DNA of 64,000 nucleotides from Nannocystis bainbridge (lineage in GTDB: Bacteria; Myxococcota_A; Polyangia; Nannocystales; Nannocystaceae). The notes beneath the pieces were generated by a model. The model had not been told where the DNA came from. It saw only the letters and a list, made by a program, of their open reading frames with translations, and did not search any database. Location of the stretch: contig NZ_JAQNDL010000005.1 in NCBI RefSeq assembly GCF_028368995.1, positions 32,001-96,000 of the forward strand. Reading direction: 5' to 3'. Below, one piece after another: positions 1 to 9,318 of this stretch. The position numbers were made by a program, and so were the translations under genes. Within the stretch, counting starts at the first letter, position 1; the number at the start of each line of letters is the position of its first letter.

Positions 1-340
1 CCCCGAGGCTGCAAGTGTCGCCCGGCTCCGTCTCGGGCAAGTTGGCGAGGCAGCTCTTGCGCAGGGTGTCGCAGGTGTCGACGCTGCCGTCGGCCACCAG
101 CGCGTCGTTGATGGCCTTGAAGGTGCACTCCGCGGCGGCGATGTCGGCCTCCGGGAACACCTGCTTGCCGTAAGCGTCGGCCGCCTCGCAGAACTGCTCC
201 TTCTCGGCGTCGGTGAGCTCGTCGCCCTGCTTGGCGCCGTCGATGCCCGAGTCGAGGGAGGTGTCGTCCTCCTTGCACGCGCCGAGCGAGACGGCCAACA
301 GGCCGAGGAGGGTGGAGAACAGCCGGGACGCGGTGGTCAC
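1..340 (-). CDS. Cys-rich lipoprotein, 3' end truncated by window edge
   Basis: Not in the ORF track; hand-translated from GTG at 340: MTTASRLFSTLLGLLAVSLGAC-KEDD...FCEAAD...ECTF...TCDTLRKSC. Lipobox LGAC, GC3-rich codons, frame open to position 1. Confidence 0.75.
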   Translation of the reverse strand, partial: MTTASRLFSTLLGLLAVSLGACKEDDTSLDSGIDGAKQGDELTDAEKEQFCEAADAYGKQVFPEADIAAAECTFKAINDALVADGSVDTCDTLRKSCLANLPETEPGDTCSLG

Positions 341-429
341 AGTCGCCGTCTACCTCGAGCGCGCCGCGGCCGACAAGCGCCGCTTCCGGCTCCTGGCGGC
401 CTCAGGCGAGGCGCTGTGGGGTCCAGCCC

Positions 430-3400
430 TCAGCGTACGGTCACGCGGGCGCCCTCGGACCGGCCCCACACCTCGGGCATGTACATCGCCTCGGCGCGGG
501 CCGGCGGCAGCGAGAAGTCCCCGCGGCTGGTGGCCCGCAGGAACACCGTGTGACGATGTGTCCCCGGAGGCAGGTCGTCGGCGAACACCAGCACGCGATC
601 GCTGCGCAGCTCCTCGTGCGAGGCCCACCAGCCGCGCGGACCGGAGAGGATGCCGGCCGCCTGGCCCTTGCCGAGGTTGAGCTGGACCGCCTCGAGCCCG
701 GACGGCAGCGGGATCTCGAGCGCGACGTAGCGGATCCGCGTGTGCGCGGCGAGGGTCAGGTCGATCGCCACCGCGTCGCCGATGGCGATTGATCGCCCGT
801 TCAGCGCCCCGTCGGCGAGCCGGAGCTCGCGGCGGAGCTCGAGCCCGTGCTCGCGGGCCGCCGGGTTCGGCTCGGCCGGCGCCCACTCGGCACCGAGCCG
901 GTAGTACATGCGGCCCTGCCCCTGGCGCTGCAGCGTCACCGTCAACGGCGTCGCGGTCGCGGGCTGGTCGGCGCCGGTCGGCTTCAGGATGTCGGGCATC
1001 TTCGCGGTCGCCTCCTGGCCCTTGAGATCGCGGCCGAGGAAGCTGGCCTCAAAGACAGGTTTTCTTCCGACCCACGCGCGGCCGACGAAGTCAGGCGGAT
1101 CGGCCTCACGGACGCGGGCGTAGTCGGTGATCGCTACCAGCGCGTAGGCGTTCTCCTGGGTGTTGCGCCACGCCCCGCCGATGCGCCGCTCGAGCAGGCC
1201 GCGGGCCAGCTTCTCGATCACCGCGTGGTCGGGGCGGACCCGCAGCAGCGCCGACAGGATGATCGCGTCGCTGCGGCCGTCGGAGTGGAAATACTCGCCG
1301 CCGGCATAACCGTCGCGCTCGATCACGTGGGCCGTGGCCGGCAGCTCCTCGAGGTCCGCCAGCAACTCCTGCGTCAGCGTCACCACTTCGGGCCGCTGCG
1401 GATCGGCGCGGTGCATCGCCATCAGCAGGAACGCGCGCCCGTAGGCCGGCAGCTCGGCGCGACGGACGAACAGCGCGTCGACGTGCGCGCGCATCGGACG
1501 GTCGGCGTCGGCCAGCACGTGCAGCGCCAGCGCGTGGCGCTCGATCTCGCCGCGGGCCCACCGCTGCGGCTGGTCGACCGGTGGCAGCCGGCGCGCGAGG
1601 TCGTCGTGCGCCCGCTCGAGCGCGTCGGCCGGGACCGGGTGACCGGCGCGCTTGGCCAGGTCGAGCACCCACGTCGCGTAGGCGCTGGCATACGCGTGCA
1701 CCTCGTTGCCGCCGGGCCAGTAGGCGAACCCGCCCGACCCGGTCTGCATCGAGAGGATCCGCTCGACGCCGGCCTTGACGAACACCTGCGGGTCCTCGCG
1801 CAGCCCCAGCGGGTAGGTCGAATGCAGCGCCAGCAGCGAGACCACCGGCAGCAGCCGGCTCGAGGTCTGCTCGACGCAACCATAAGGATAGGTGAGCAGC
1901 GCGTCGGCGGCGTCCTCGAGCCCGCCGAGCAGCGAAGAGCTGGCCGACACCGACACCCCGCCGACGTCGCGCCGCACCGCGCCCGGCATCACCACCGGGA
2001 TGGCGATCGCCTTGTCGTCGGCCAGGCTGCCGTACATCGCCACTTTTTCGGTCAGCGTGCGCTCGGGCGTGACCGGCAGCGCCAGCTTGACCGCGTCGCG
2101 GCCCGCCACGCCCTCGCCCGCGCGCAGCTGCGCCCGCAGCTCGAACTTGGCCTCGCCGGCCGCGTCGGCGCGGATCGTGAAAGGCACCCGCACCTGCCCG
2201 CCGGCCGGGATCTCGACCTCGGCTGTCTTTTTGGACATGGCCACGAGATCCTGTCCCTTCGTACCTGTATCATCGTGCAGCACCAGCTCGATCGCGGCCC
2301 GGCCGGCGACCGCGGTGAAGTTCTGCACGATCGCCGCGACCTCGGCCGCGTCGCCCGGCCGCAGCTGGCGCGGCGCCGCGGCGCGCACGAGGAACGGCGC
2401 GGTCACGGTGGTGCGCGCATCGCCGACGCCGAAGCGCCCGGGTGATTTCTTGTCGGCCAGGCGCGCCGACGCCAGCGCGAAGATCCGGAACGTGGTCAGG
2501 TTCTCGGGCAGCTGCGCCTTCGTGCGCACCACCCCGTCGGCGTCGGCCGCGAGGTCGGCGAGGAACACCGGCGTGGTCTCGAACCGCTCGCGCGCCGCCG
2601 GCTCCGTCCGGGCCGAGCCCCCACGCACGCTCGCCGTCCTGCTGCCGTGCCCGCTGCCGGACCCGAACCCGCGCCCGTAGCCCCACGTGCCCGACAGCCA
2701 CGGATCGTCGTGGACCGGCGTGTACGGCCACAGCACCGCGCTGTAGTCGTTGTACGCGCGCGTGCCCATGGCGCCGCCGGGCAAGAAGCTCGGCAGCAGG
2801 TCGGGCACCTCGTAGTCGGTCAGCGCCAGCACGGCCTCGTCGACCGCCCACAGCGCGACCCGACCGACGACCGGCTCGCCCGCGGCGTCGCGCACGAACG
2901 CCGCCAGCTCGACCTTGTCGCCGGGCCCGGCCTTGGCCGGCGCTTCGACCCGGACCTGCAGCCGCCGGTGCTCGCTGCCCTGGGTCACGGTGGTGCGCGT
3001 GCTCAGCACTTCGGGCCGCTCCGGCCGCCGCTTCGGATCGATCGGCGCGACCACGATCGCGCTGACGTGGACCTGCGGGGTCCAGCTGTCGTCGGCGGTG
3101 AACTGGAAGTCGGCCGTACCGGAATCGGCGCCCTTGAACGTGAACGGCTTGAACTGCCGCAGACCCTTGCGATCGAGCACGAGCACGCCCCGGCCGCCAC
3201 GCCACGGCGCGTGCACGGCGACGTCGACCGACTCGCCGGGCGTCACCTGCTGCGCGCTGGTCTCGACAGTCAACGTCTTCTGCGGCGTCGGCACCCACTT
3301 CGACCGCGTCGCGCCGACGACCCAGAAGTTGCCCTCGCTCGCCACGGCCCGCTTGTCGGCGGTGAGCACCTCGACCCGCAGCTGGTAGCTGCCCTCCTTG

Positions 3401-6255
3401 AGCGCCGGCAGCTCGCAGCGGACGTCGGGGCCCTCGGCGGCGACGTCGAGCGTGCAGCTCTTGACCCGCTCGGTCTTGTCGACGGTCCCGTCGTAGACCA
3501 TGCGCCCGCCCTCGGCGCGCTCCTTCACTTCGGACCATGTCCTTTCGACCATGACCTTCGCGCCACGTACGGCGACGCGCTGACCGCCGAGGCCGACCGC
3601 GCGGACCGGCACGCCGATCCGATCGCCGGTGTGGCGATAGCCGGGGGGCATGCCCATCGCCAGGTAGAAGTCGGCCGGGTGGACCTGGACCTGCGCCTCG
3701 GCGCCGATGGCCTGGTTGCTGGCGTCGCGGACCTCGGCGCTGATCGTGCAGCGATGCGGGAACTCGGCAGCGTGCAGCGTCAATGGGGTCGCGACCTCGA
3801 GCATCCCGAGCTTCGCGTTCGGGTCGGGCGAGGTGCCGGTCCGGGGCCCGCGCCCGCCGCTGGCGCGGTACGGGATCGACTCGCCGACGGCCCAGGTCGA
3901 GTCGAGCCCGGGCGGGCGCCAGCGATGCGGCGTGCAGGTCGCCTGATGCGCCATGTGGACGATCGGCACCGCGCCGCCGAAGTAATAGTTGGCGGCCACG
4001 CGCAGCCCGACGCGCTCGCCGGCGAGCACGTCGGTCCGGTCGACGCTGGCCGTGACCTGGAACTCGGGCACGCGGTAGTCCTCGACCTTGACCGTCGCGC
4101 GCGCGTCGGCGCCGAGCACCGTCGCGGTGAGCTGATAGTTGCCCAGCGCGGCCCCGGCGGGCAGCTCGAGCTCGGCCCAGTACTTGCCCTCGGCCGTGGT
4201 CTTGACGGTGCGCGTCGCCACCTCGCCGCCGCGCGGGTCGGTGAGCACGAACTTCGCCTCTGTCTTTTGGGCCAGGTGCTTGAGGCCGCTGTCGCGGTGC
4301 GGGGTCTCGACCGCGGCCCAGCCGACCACCTTGACCTTCTCGCCGGGGCGATAGGCGCCGCGGTCGGGGACGATGCGGGCGATGGCCCGCTCGTGCGGCG
4401 CCAGGTCGGCGCTCAGGCTGTCGGCCGCGGGCACCTCGCCGGCGGCGATCGCCGTGCGGTCGGCACCCGCCGCATCGACGATCACCAGCCGCTGCGCCTG
4501 CGAGCCCTCGCCGGCCTTGACGATCCCCTTCGCCATGTACTCCGAGACAGGTGGCAGCGCGAGCATGCCGTCGCCGTCGGTCGTGCCGAGCATGCGCGTC
4601 GTCGTCTTCTCGTCGACCGTCACCACCCGCGCGACCGTGGCCCCGGCCACCGGCGTGCTGTCGGACAGCCGCAGCACCTGGACCACCGCGCGCGTCGGCG
4701 AATCGATCACCACCGGCCCGAGATCGGTGAGGCGGTACAGCCCGCGCACCCGCCCGGCGCTGCCGTGGTCCGTCGCGGTCGAGAGCTCGCCGGGCGCGAC
4801 CTCGACCAGCACCGCCCCGCGCTTGCCGCCGACCAGGTCGCCGATGTCGAGCGCGATCGAGGCCCAGCCGCCCGGGCCCTTCGGCGCGAGCGCGACGGTC
4901 CGCTCGCTCGCCCCGGCCGGCATCGCCATCGCCTGCCACGACTGCCGCGCCAGCTCGAGCTCGTCGACCACCGCCGCGCGCACCTTCAGCGACTTGAAGA
5001 ACCGCGCCTCGACGCCCACCGTCTGCTTGCGCCCCGGCAGCAGCGTGCCCTGGGTGCTCGACAGCGCCAGCTCGGGCCGGCGCTCGATCACCACCGTGCG
5101 CTTGAAGCCGCCCGCCAGCGTCTGGCCGTAGATGTCCCGCAGGCCAGGTGCGATCGAGATCGTGTAGACCGTGCCGGGCACGAACTGGCCCTGGATCTCG
5201 ACCTCGGTCCCGCCCTCGTCGTCGTAGGCGTCGGCGATGTCGACGTGCAGCGACTTCGGCCGCGGGCTGACCGTCACGTGCTTGGCCTGGCTCGCGCGCA
5301 CCGGGTTGCGCAGGCCGACGTGGATCGGCTCGAGCCCGCAGCGGGTCGTCTCGTCGCACGGCAGCGAGACCACGGCCTGCGGGCTGTAGGTCTCGAAGGA
5401 CATCTCCCACGGGGTCTCGAGCGGCAGCGGACCGCGGCGGCCGACGAGCCCCGGCCGCACCGCCAGCACGATCTCGCTGTCGCTCGGCCACAACCCCCCG
5501 GCGCGGATCGTGAAGTAGCGGCCGCGGTCCTCGCGGGTGGCCGTGTAGCCGTAGTACTCGACCTCTTCGACCTCCGCGGCGGTGGCCTCGCGGATCTGCA
5601 GCTGCACCGGCGCCGGCTTCGCATCCTCGCGACCGAGCGGCCGCGCGGTCGCCTGCAGGTGCGCGCGGACCTGGGCCACGGTCGTCGGATGATCGAAGGT
5701 GACGACGAAGGGCGCGTCGCGGCGCATCGCCGCCGTCAGCGTGTCGCGCAGCGGCTGGCCCTCGACGACCTGCGGCCGCGGCGTCTCGAACGTCCACTCG
5801 ACGCCCTGGGCCATCGCCTGACCGTCGAGTCCGACCAGGCCGGGGGCGAAGCGGGCGGTGTAGAGGGTCGCGTCCTGCAGCTCCGCGTCGGGGTGGAAGA
5901 CCAGCAGGTCGGGGGTCTCGAACCGCGCCGAGCCCGGGATCGGCGGCGTGAACGAGAGGAAGCGGCCGGGGTCGACGCTCGGCTCGCTGCCGAGCGCGAC
6001 CACCGGGCGGTCGAAACGGACCTTGATCGCGGCGCCGCCCGCGGTCCTTCCCTGCGGCGCGTAATCGAGGATGGCGACAGCAGCGCCCGCGGGCCCCTGC
6101 GGCGGCGCACCCGGACGATCGACGAGGGCCGCGGGATCGAAGGGCGGCTGCGCCTCGGCGTCGGGCATCGCGGGCTCGGGGTCCGCCGGACCGGAGTTCT
6201 TGCATGCGAGCAGCGCGGCGACGAGGACGGCGGACGACGAGATGCGCGGGGTCAT
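430..6255 (-). CDS. Bacterial alpha-2-macroglobulin family lipoprotein
   Basis: Start placed at ATG 6255 (MTPRISSSAVLVAALLAC, lipobox). MG-domain motifs (DRGAYRPGE, VEDYRVPEF, AVDEAVLAL), thioester motif YPYGCVEQ, W-RNTQEN, C-terminal PARAEAMYMPEVWGRS. Confidence 0.93.
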   Translation of the reverse strand: MTPRISSSAVLVAALLACKNSGPADPEPAMPDAEAQPPFDPAALVDRPGAPPQGPAGAAVAILDYAPQGRTAGGAAIKVRFDRPVVALGSEPSVDPGRFLSFTPPIPGSARFETPDLLVFHPDAELQDATLYTARFAPGLVGLDGQAMAQGVEWTFETPRPQVVEGQPLRDTLTAAMRRDAPFVVTFDHPTTVAQVRAHLQATARPLGREDAKPAPVQLQIREATAAEVEEVEYYGYTATREDRGRYFTIRAGGLWPSDSEIVLAVRPGLVGRRGPLPLETPWEMSFETYSPQAVVSLPCDETTRCGLEPIHVGLRNPVRASQAKHVTVSPRPKSLHVDIADAYDDEGGTEVEIQGQFVPGTVYTISIAPGLRDIYGQTLAGGFKRTVVIERRPELALSSTQGTLLPGRKQTVGVEARFFKSLKVRAAVVDELELARQSWQAMAMPAGASERTVALAPKGPGGWASIALDIGDLVGGKRGAVLVEVAPGELSTATDHGSAGRVRGLYRLTDLGPVVIDSPTRAVVQVLRLSDSTPVAGATVARVVTVDEKTTTRMLGTTDGDGMLALPPVSEYMAKGIVKAGEGSQAQRLVIVDAAGADRTAIAAGEVPAADSLSADLAPHERAIARIVPDRGAYRPGEKVKVVGWAAVETPHRDSGLKHLAQKTEAKFVLTDPRGGEVATRTVKTTAEGKYWAELELPAGAALGNYQLTATVLGADARATVKVEDYRVPEFQVTASVDRTDVLAGERVGLRVAANYYFGGAVPIVHMAHQATCTPHRWRPPGLDSTWAVGESIPYRASGGRGPRTGTSPDPNAKLGMLEVATPLTLHAAEFPHRCTISAEVRDASNQAIGAEAQVQVHPADFYLAMGMPPGYRHTGDRIGVPVRAVGLGGQRVAVRGAKVMVERTWSEVKERAEGGRMVYDGTVDKTERVKSCTLDVAAEGPDVRCELPALKEGSYQLRVEVLTADKRAVASEGNFWVVGATRSKWVPTPQKTLTVETSAQQVTPGESVDVAVHAPWRGGRGVLVLDRKGLRQFKPFTFKGADSGTADFQFTADDSWTPQVHVSAIVVAPIDPKRRPERPEVLSTRTTVTQGSEHRRLQVRVEAPAKAGPGDKVELAAFVRDAAGEPVVGRVALWAVDEAVLALTDYEVPDLLPSFLPGGAMGTRAYNDYSAVLWPYTPVHDDPWLSGTWGYGRGFGSGSGHGSRTASVRGGSARTEPAARERFETTPVFLADLAADADGVVRTKAQLPENLTTFRIFALASARLADKKSPGRFGVGDARTTVTAPFLVRAAAPRQLRPGDAAEVAAIVQNFTAVAGRAAIELVLHDDTGTKGQDLVAMSKKTAEVEIPAGGQVRVPFTIRADAAGEAKFELRAQLRAGEGVAGRDAVKLALPVTPERTLTEKVAMYGSLADDKAIAIPVVMPGAVRRDVGGVSVSASSSLLGGLEDAADALLTYPYGCVEQTSSRLLPVVSLLALHSTYPLGLREDPQVFVKAGVERILSMQTGSGGFAYWPGGNEVHAYASAYATWVLDLAKRAGHPVPADALERAHDDLARRLPPVDQPQRWARGEIERHALALHVLADADRPMRAHVDALFVRRAELPAYGRAFLLMAMHRADPQRPEVVTLTQELLADLEELPATAHVIERDGYAGGEYFHSDGRSDAIILSALLRVRPDHAVIEKLARGLLERRIGGAWRNTQENAYALVAITDYARVREADPPDFVGRAWVGRKPVFEASFLGRDLKGQEATAKMPDILKPTGADQPATATPLTVTLQRQGQGRMYYRLGAEWAPAEPNPAAREHGLELRRELRLADGALNGRSIAIGDAVAIDLTLAAHTRIRYVALEIPLPSGLEAVQLNLGKGQAAGILSGPRGWWASHEELRSDRVLVFADDLPPGTHRHTVFLRATSRGDFSLPPARAEAMYMPEVWGRSEGARVTVR

Positions 6256-6506
6256 ACGGGCCGGCCTGGGACCGTGCCGACCGGCGAAAGTTCCCACCCG
6301 CGCGGACCTGCCACCGGCTCCTTTGGACATGTCGTAAAGGACATATGATTTCTCCGCCCGCGGGCCGGCGAACCCGCCGCCAGGCGGCCGCACCGCTGCA
6401 CTTGCGGCTGGGTCAACATCGCCCACCTTGCGAGTCGACCCGCGAGGGATGTCACCATCGGCCTGTCCGGCCGCGCCCCCTCGCATGCGCAGCAGGAGTA
6501 GAAGCG

Positions 6507-6908
6507 ATGTCGAGCAATCGAGGCAAGGGCCGCGGCGACGCCCGCGGATTCGCAGGTATGGACCCGGACAGGCAGCGCGTGATCGCCAGCCGCGGCGGCG
6601 AGACCGTCAGCCAGGACCGGCAACACATGGCGAACATCGGCCGGCGAGGCGGCGCCGCGGTCAGTCAAAACCGCGAGTACATGGCGATGATCGGCCGGCG
6701 GGGCGGCGAGGCCGTCAGTCAGAACCGCGAGCACATGGCGATGATCGGCCGCCGCGGCGGCGAGACCGTCAGCCAGGACCGCGATCACATGGCCGAGATC
6801 GGCCGCGAGGGCGGGCACCACTCGCACGGCAGTCCGACGCACAGCGTGCGCGAGCACGAGGACGAGCCGCACGAGCCGGAGGCGCAGGACAGCGGATCTG
6901 GCCTTTAG
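6507..6908 (+). CDS. KGG/GsiB-like stress-induced hydrophilic repeat protein
   Basis: AGGAG RBS at 6494-6498. RGFAGMDPDRQRVIASRGG start, then four 18-aa repeats GG(E/A)xVSQ(D/N)RxHMAxIGRR (54-bp period: 6606, 6660, 6714, 6768). Confidence 0.88.
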   Translation: MSSNRGKGRGDARGFAGMDPDRQRVIASRGGETVSQDRQHMANIGRRGGAAVSQNREYMAMIGRRGGEAVSQNREHMAMIGRRGGETVSQDRDHMAEIGREGGHHSHGSPTHSVREHEDEPHEPEAQDSGSGL

Positions 6909-7003
6909 GCCAGGTGCCGCGCGAGGGTCGCAGCCCATGCGCGACCCCGCGTTAAGCGAGCGCTTGACACATGCGCTCTGCTTCGGGTGTCATCGCCTCG
7001 CCG

Positions 7004-8311
7004 ATGCGCCCCACCGTCCTGCTCCGGTACGCCGCCGCATTGGTCGTGCTCATCCCCGGGGCGCAGGCGTGGGCCAACCCGCCGGCGCCGGTGCTTCCGA
7101 AGCCGAGCGGACCGCCGCCGCCGCCGCCCGCGTGGATGCCCGCGGGCGAGGCCCAGCGCCAGGCCGAGGTGCCGCTCGGCAAGGCGACGTGGCGGCCCGG
7201 CAAGGGCATCGAGCTGGCCACGCCCGATCGCCGCTTCACCATCAACTTCAACATGTGGGCCCAGCTGTTGGCCACGGTCCGGCGCGAGGCGATCCCCGCC
7301 GCTGGGATGGAGCCGTGGACGAGCAGCCTCGAGTTCCGGCGGGCGCGCCTGATCCTGTCCGGCAGCATCTTCTCGCCGCACGTCGGCTACTACGTGCATT
7401 TGATGTTCGCGCCGAAGGACCTCGGGTTCAAGGACGGCACGCCGCGGCGCCCGCCGATCTTCCAGTGGTACACGACATGGACCCGCTACCGCCACGCGAA
7501 CATCCAGGCCGGCTTCTTCTTCGTGCCCTACGCGCGCCAGCGGATGGCGCCGCTGGCCAAGCTGCAGATGGTCGACAACTCGTCGGCCAGCTACGAGTTC
7601 ACGCTCGATCAGGACATCGGCGTGCAGGTGAGCTCGCCCGACGTCGCCGGCCTCGGCAAGCTGCGCTACCTCGCCGGCGTGTTCATGGGCGACGGCTACG
7701 ACTACTACAAGGCCAGCGATTTCGGCCTGACGTACATGGCCCGCGTCGACTACCTGCCCTTCGGCATGTTCGACGACTACAGCGAGGCTGACTTCGAGCG
7801 CAAGGCCACGCCGCGGCTCGCCATCGGCGCCGCCTACGCCTTCAGCGACCGCGACCACCGCACGCGCGCCATCAGCGGCACCACCTTCGCCGACGGCGGC
7901 ACCATGCGCAGCAACAACCTGACCGTCGACGCCATGTTCAAGGTCGCCGGCATGTCGCTGCTGCTCGATTTCTACTGGCGGCAGGGCTGGCGCTTGCCGG
8001 GTGACGCAAAGGACATGTTCGGAGAGCCAGTCGCCGTCGAGGCCGCCCGCAACGGCATCGGCTGGACCGCGCAGATGGGCCTCTTCATCCCGCGCACCCG
8101 CCTCGAGGTCACCGCTCGCTCGTCCGGCGTCCGCCCGTCGCGGCGCGCCGAGACCAGCCTCGGTCGCCTCGACGAGTACGGCGCCGGCCTCAACTACTAT
8201 TTTTACCGCCACTCGCTCAAGCTGCAGCTCGACTACTTCCGCCAGTACGGCCCGGGCGTGCCGGCCGGCGTCGCCGACCAGATGCGACTCCAGCTGCAAG
8301 CCGGCTTCTGA
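7004..8311 (+). CDS. Outer-membrane porin (OprO/OprP phosphate-selective-like)
   Basis: Signal peptide (AQA-W), FRRARLILSG, QAGFFFVP, beta-strand pattern, C-terminal LQLQAGF. Confidence 0.8.
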   Translation: MRPTVLLRYAAALVVLIPGAQAWANPPAPVLPKPSGPPPPPPAWMPAGEAQRQAEVPLGKATWRPGKGIELATPDRRFTINFNMWAQLLATVRREAIPAAGMEPWTSSLEFRRARLILSGSIFSPHVGYYVHLMFAPKDLGFKDGTPRRPPIFQWYTTWTRYRHANIQAGFFFVPYARQRMAPLAKLQMVDNSSASYEFTLDQDIGVQVSSPDVAGLGKLRYLAGVFMGDGYDYYKASDFGLTYMARVDYLPFGMFDDYSEADFERKATPRLAIGAAYAFSDRDHRTRAISGTTFADGGTMRSNNLTVDAMFKVAGMSLLLDFYWRQGWRLPGDAKDMFGEPVAVEAARNGIGWTAQMGLFIPRTRLEVTARSSGVRPSRRAETSLGRLDEYGAGLNYYFYRHSLKLQLDYFRQYGPGVPAGVADQMRLQLQAGF

Positions 8312-8388
8312 GCGCCCGCGGGCGATCGCCTGACGGCCCGCGCGGGCCCGGGCTGCTCGCTCGTCGGACATGGTATCGTGCTGCGGCC

Positions 8389-9246
8389 ATGAGGTTCGCC
8401 CCGCCCGCGCTGCTCGTCTCGCTCCTCGTCGGCTGCGGCGGCGAAGCTCCCCCGCCGCCGCCCGCCCCGGTTCAAGCGCCCGCTCCGGCGCCCGCCCCCG
8501 AGCCCGAAGCACCGCCGCCGCCGAGCGGCCGCGTCTTGCTGGTCGCCAGCGAATTTGGCCTCTCGCCGCTCGCCTGCTACCTCGACGCCAGCCAGCAATT
8601 CGCCGGCGGCGCCGACTGCCTGGTCCTCGCGCCCGAGGGCACCGAGGTGTGGCTCATGAGCGGCGCGCCCGCGAAGGTCGTGGGCCGCGCAGTCGCGGCC
8701 TGCCCCGGGGTCGGCGAGCCCGAACCCACCCTCGTGATCGACGCCCCACCCGAGGCCCTGCGCGGTGACGCGCTCGTCCCGGCCAGCCTCAAGGGCGCGC
8801 TCGTCTACGTCACGCCGACCCCGCCGCCCGAGGCCGACCGCGACGCGCCCGCGGAGCTGCGGGCCCGCATCGCCGAGACCATCACCGCCGCCGCACCTGG
8901 CCTCAAGGTCAGCAAGCTGCGCATCGACCAACACGCCCGCCTCGACCTCGACGGCGACGGCAGCCCCGAAGCGCTGGTCGCCGCCGTGGTCCCCGACCCC
9001 AAGGACGCCGAAGCGAACCTCCGCTTCAGCGGCCTGTTCCTGGTGCCCGCGAGCGGCGCCCCGGTGCTGCTGCGCTCGCGCGTCGACACCCGCGAGCGCT
9101 ACGCCCTGCTCGGCGCCCTCGACCTCGACGGCGACGGCCCGCGCGAGCTCTACCTCAACACCTACGGCGACGACGGCTTCTCGCTGTCGCTCGAGTCGCG
9201 CGGCCCGAGCGGCCTGCAGTCCCTCGGCCGCTGGGCCTGCGGCTGA
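8389..9246 (+). CDS. Lipoprotein with DLDGDG (FG-GAP/Ca-binding-like) motifs
   Basis: Lipobox LVGC, Pro-rich linker, two LDLDGDG motifs. Confidence 0.75.
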   Translation: MRFAPPALLVSLLVGCGGEAPPPPPAPVQAPAPAPAPEPEAPPPPSGRVLLVASEFGLSPLACYLDASQQFAGGADCLVLAPEGTEVWLMSGAPAKVVGRAVAACPGVGEPEPTLVIDAPPEALRGDALVPASLKGALVYVTPTPPPEADRDAPAELRARIAETITAAAPGLKVSKLRIDQHARLDLDGDGSPEALVAAVVPDPKDAEANLRFSGLFLVPASGAPVLLRSRVDTRERYALLGALDLDGDGPRELYLNTYGDDGFSLSLESRGPSGLQSLGRWACG

Positions 9247-9318
9247 CGATCGATGCATGACCCGAAGGACATGTCCGTTGCGACATGTTCCGCGAACACT
9301 CCGAACCATCGAGGCGCC

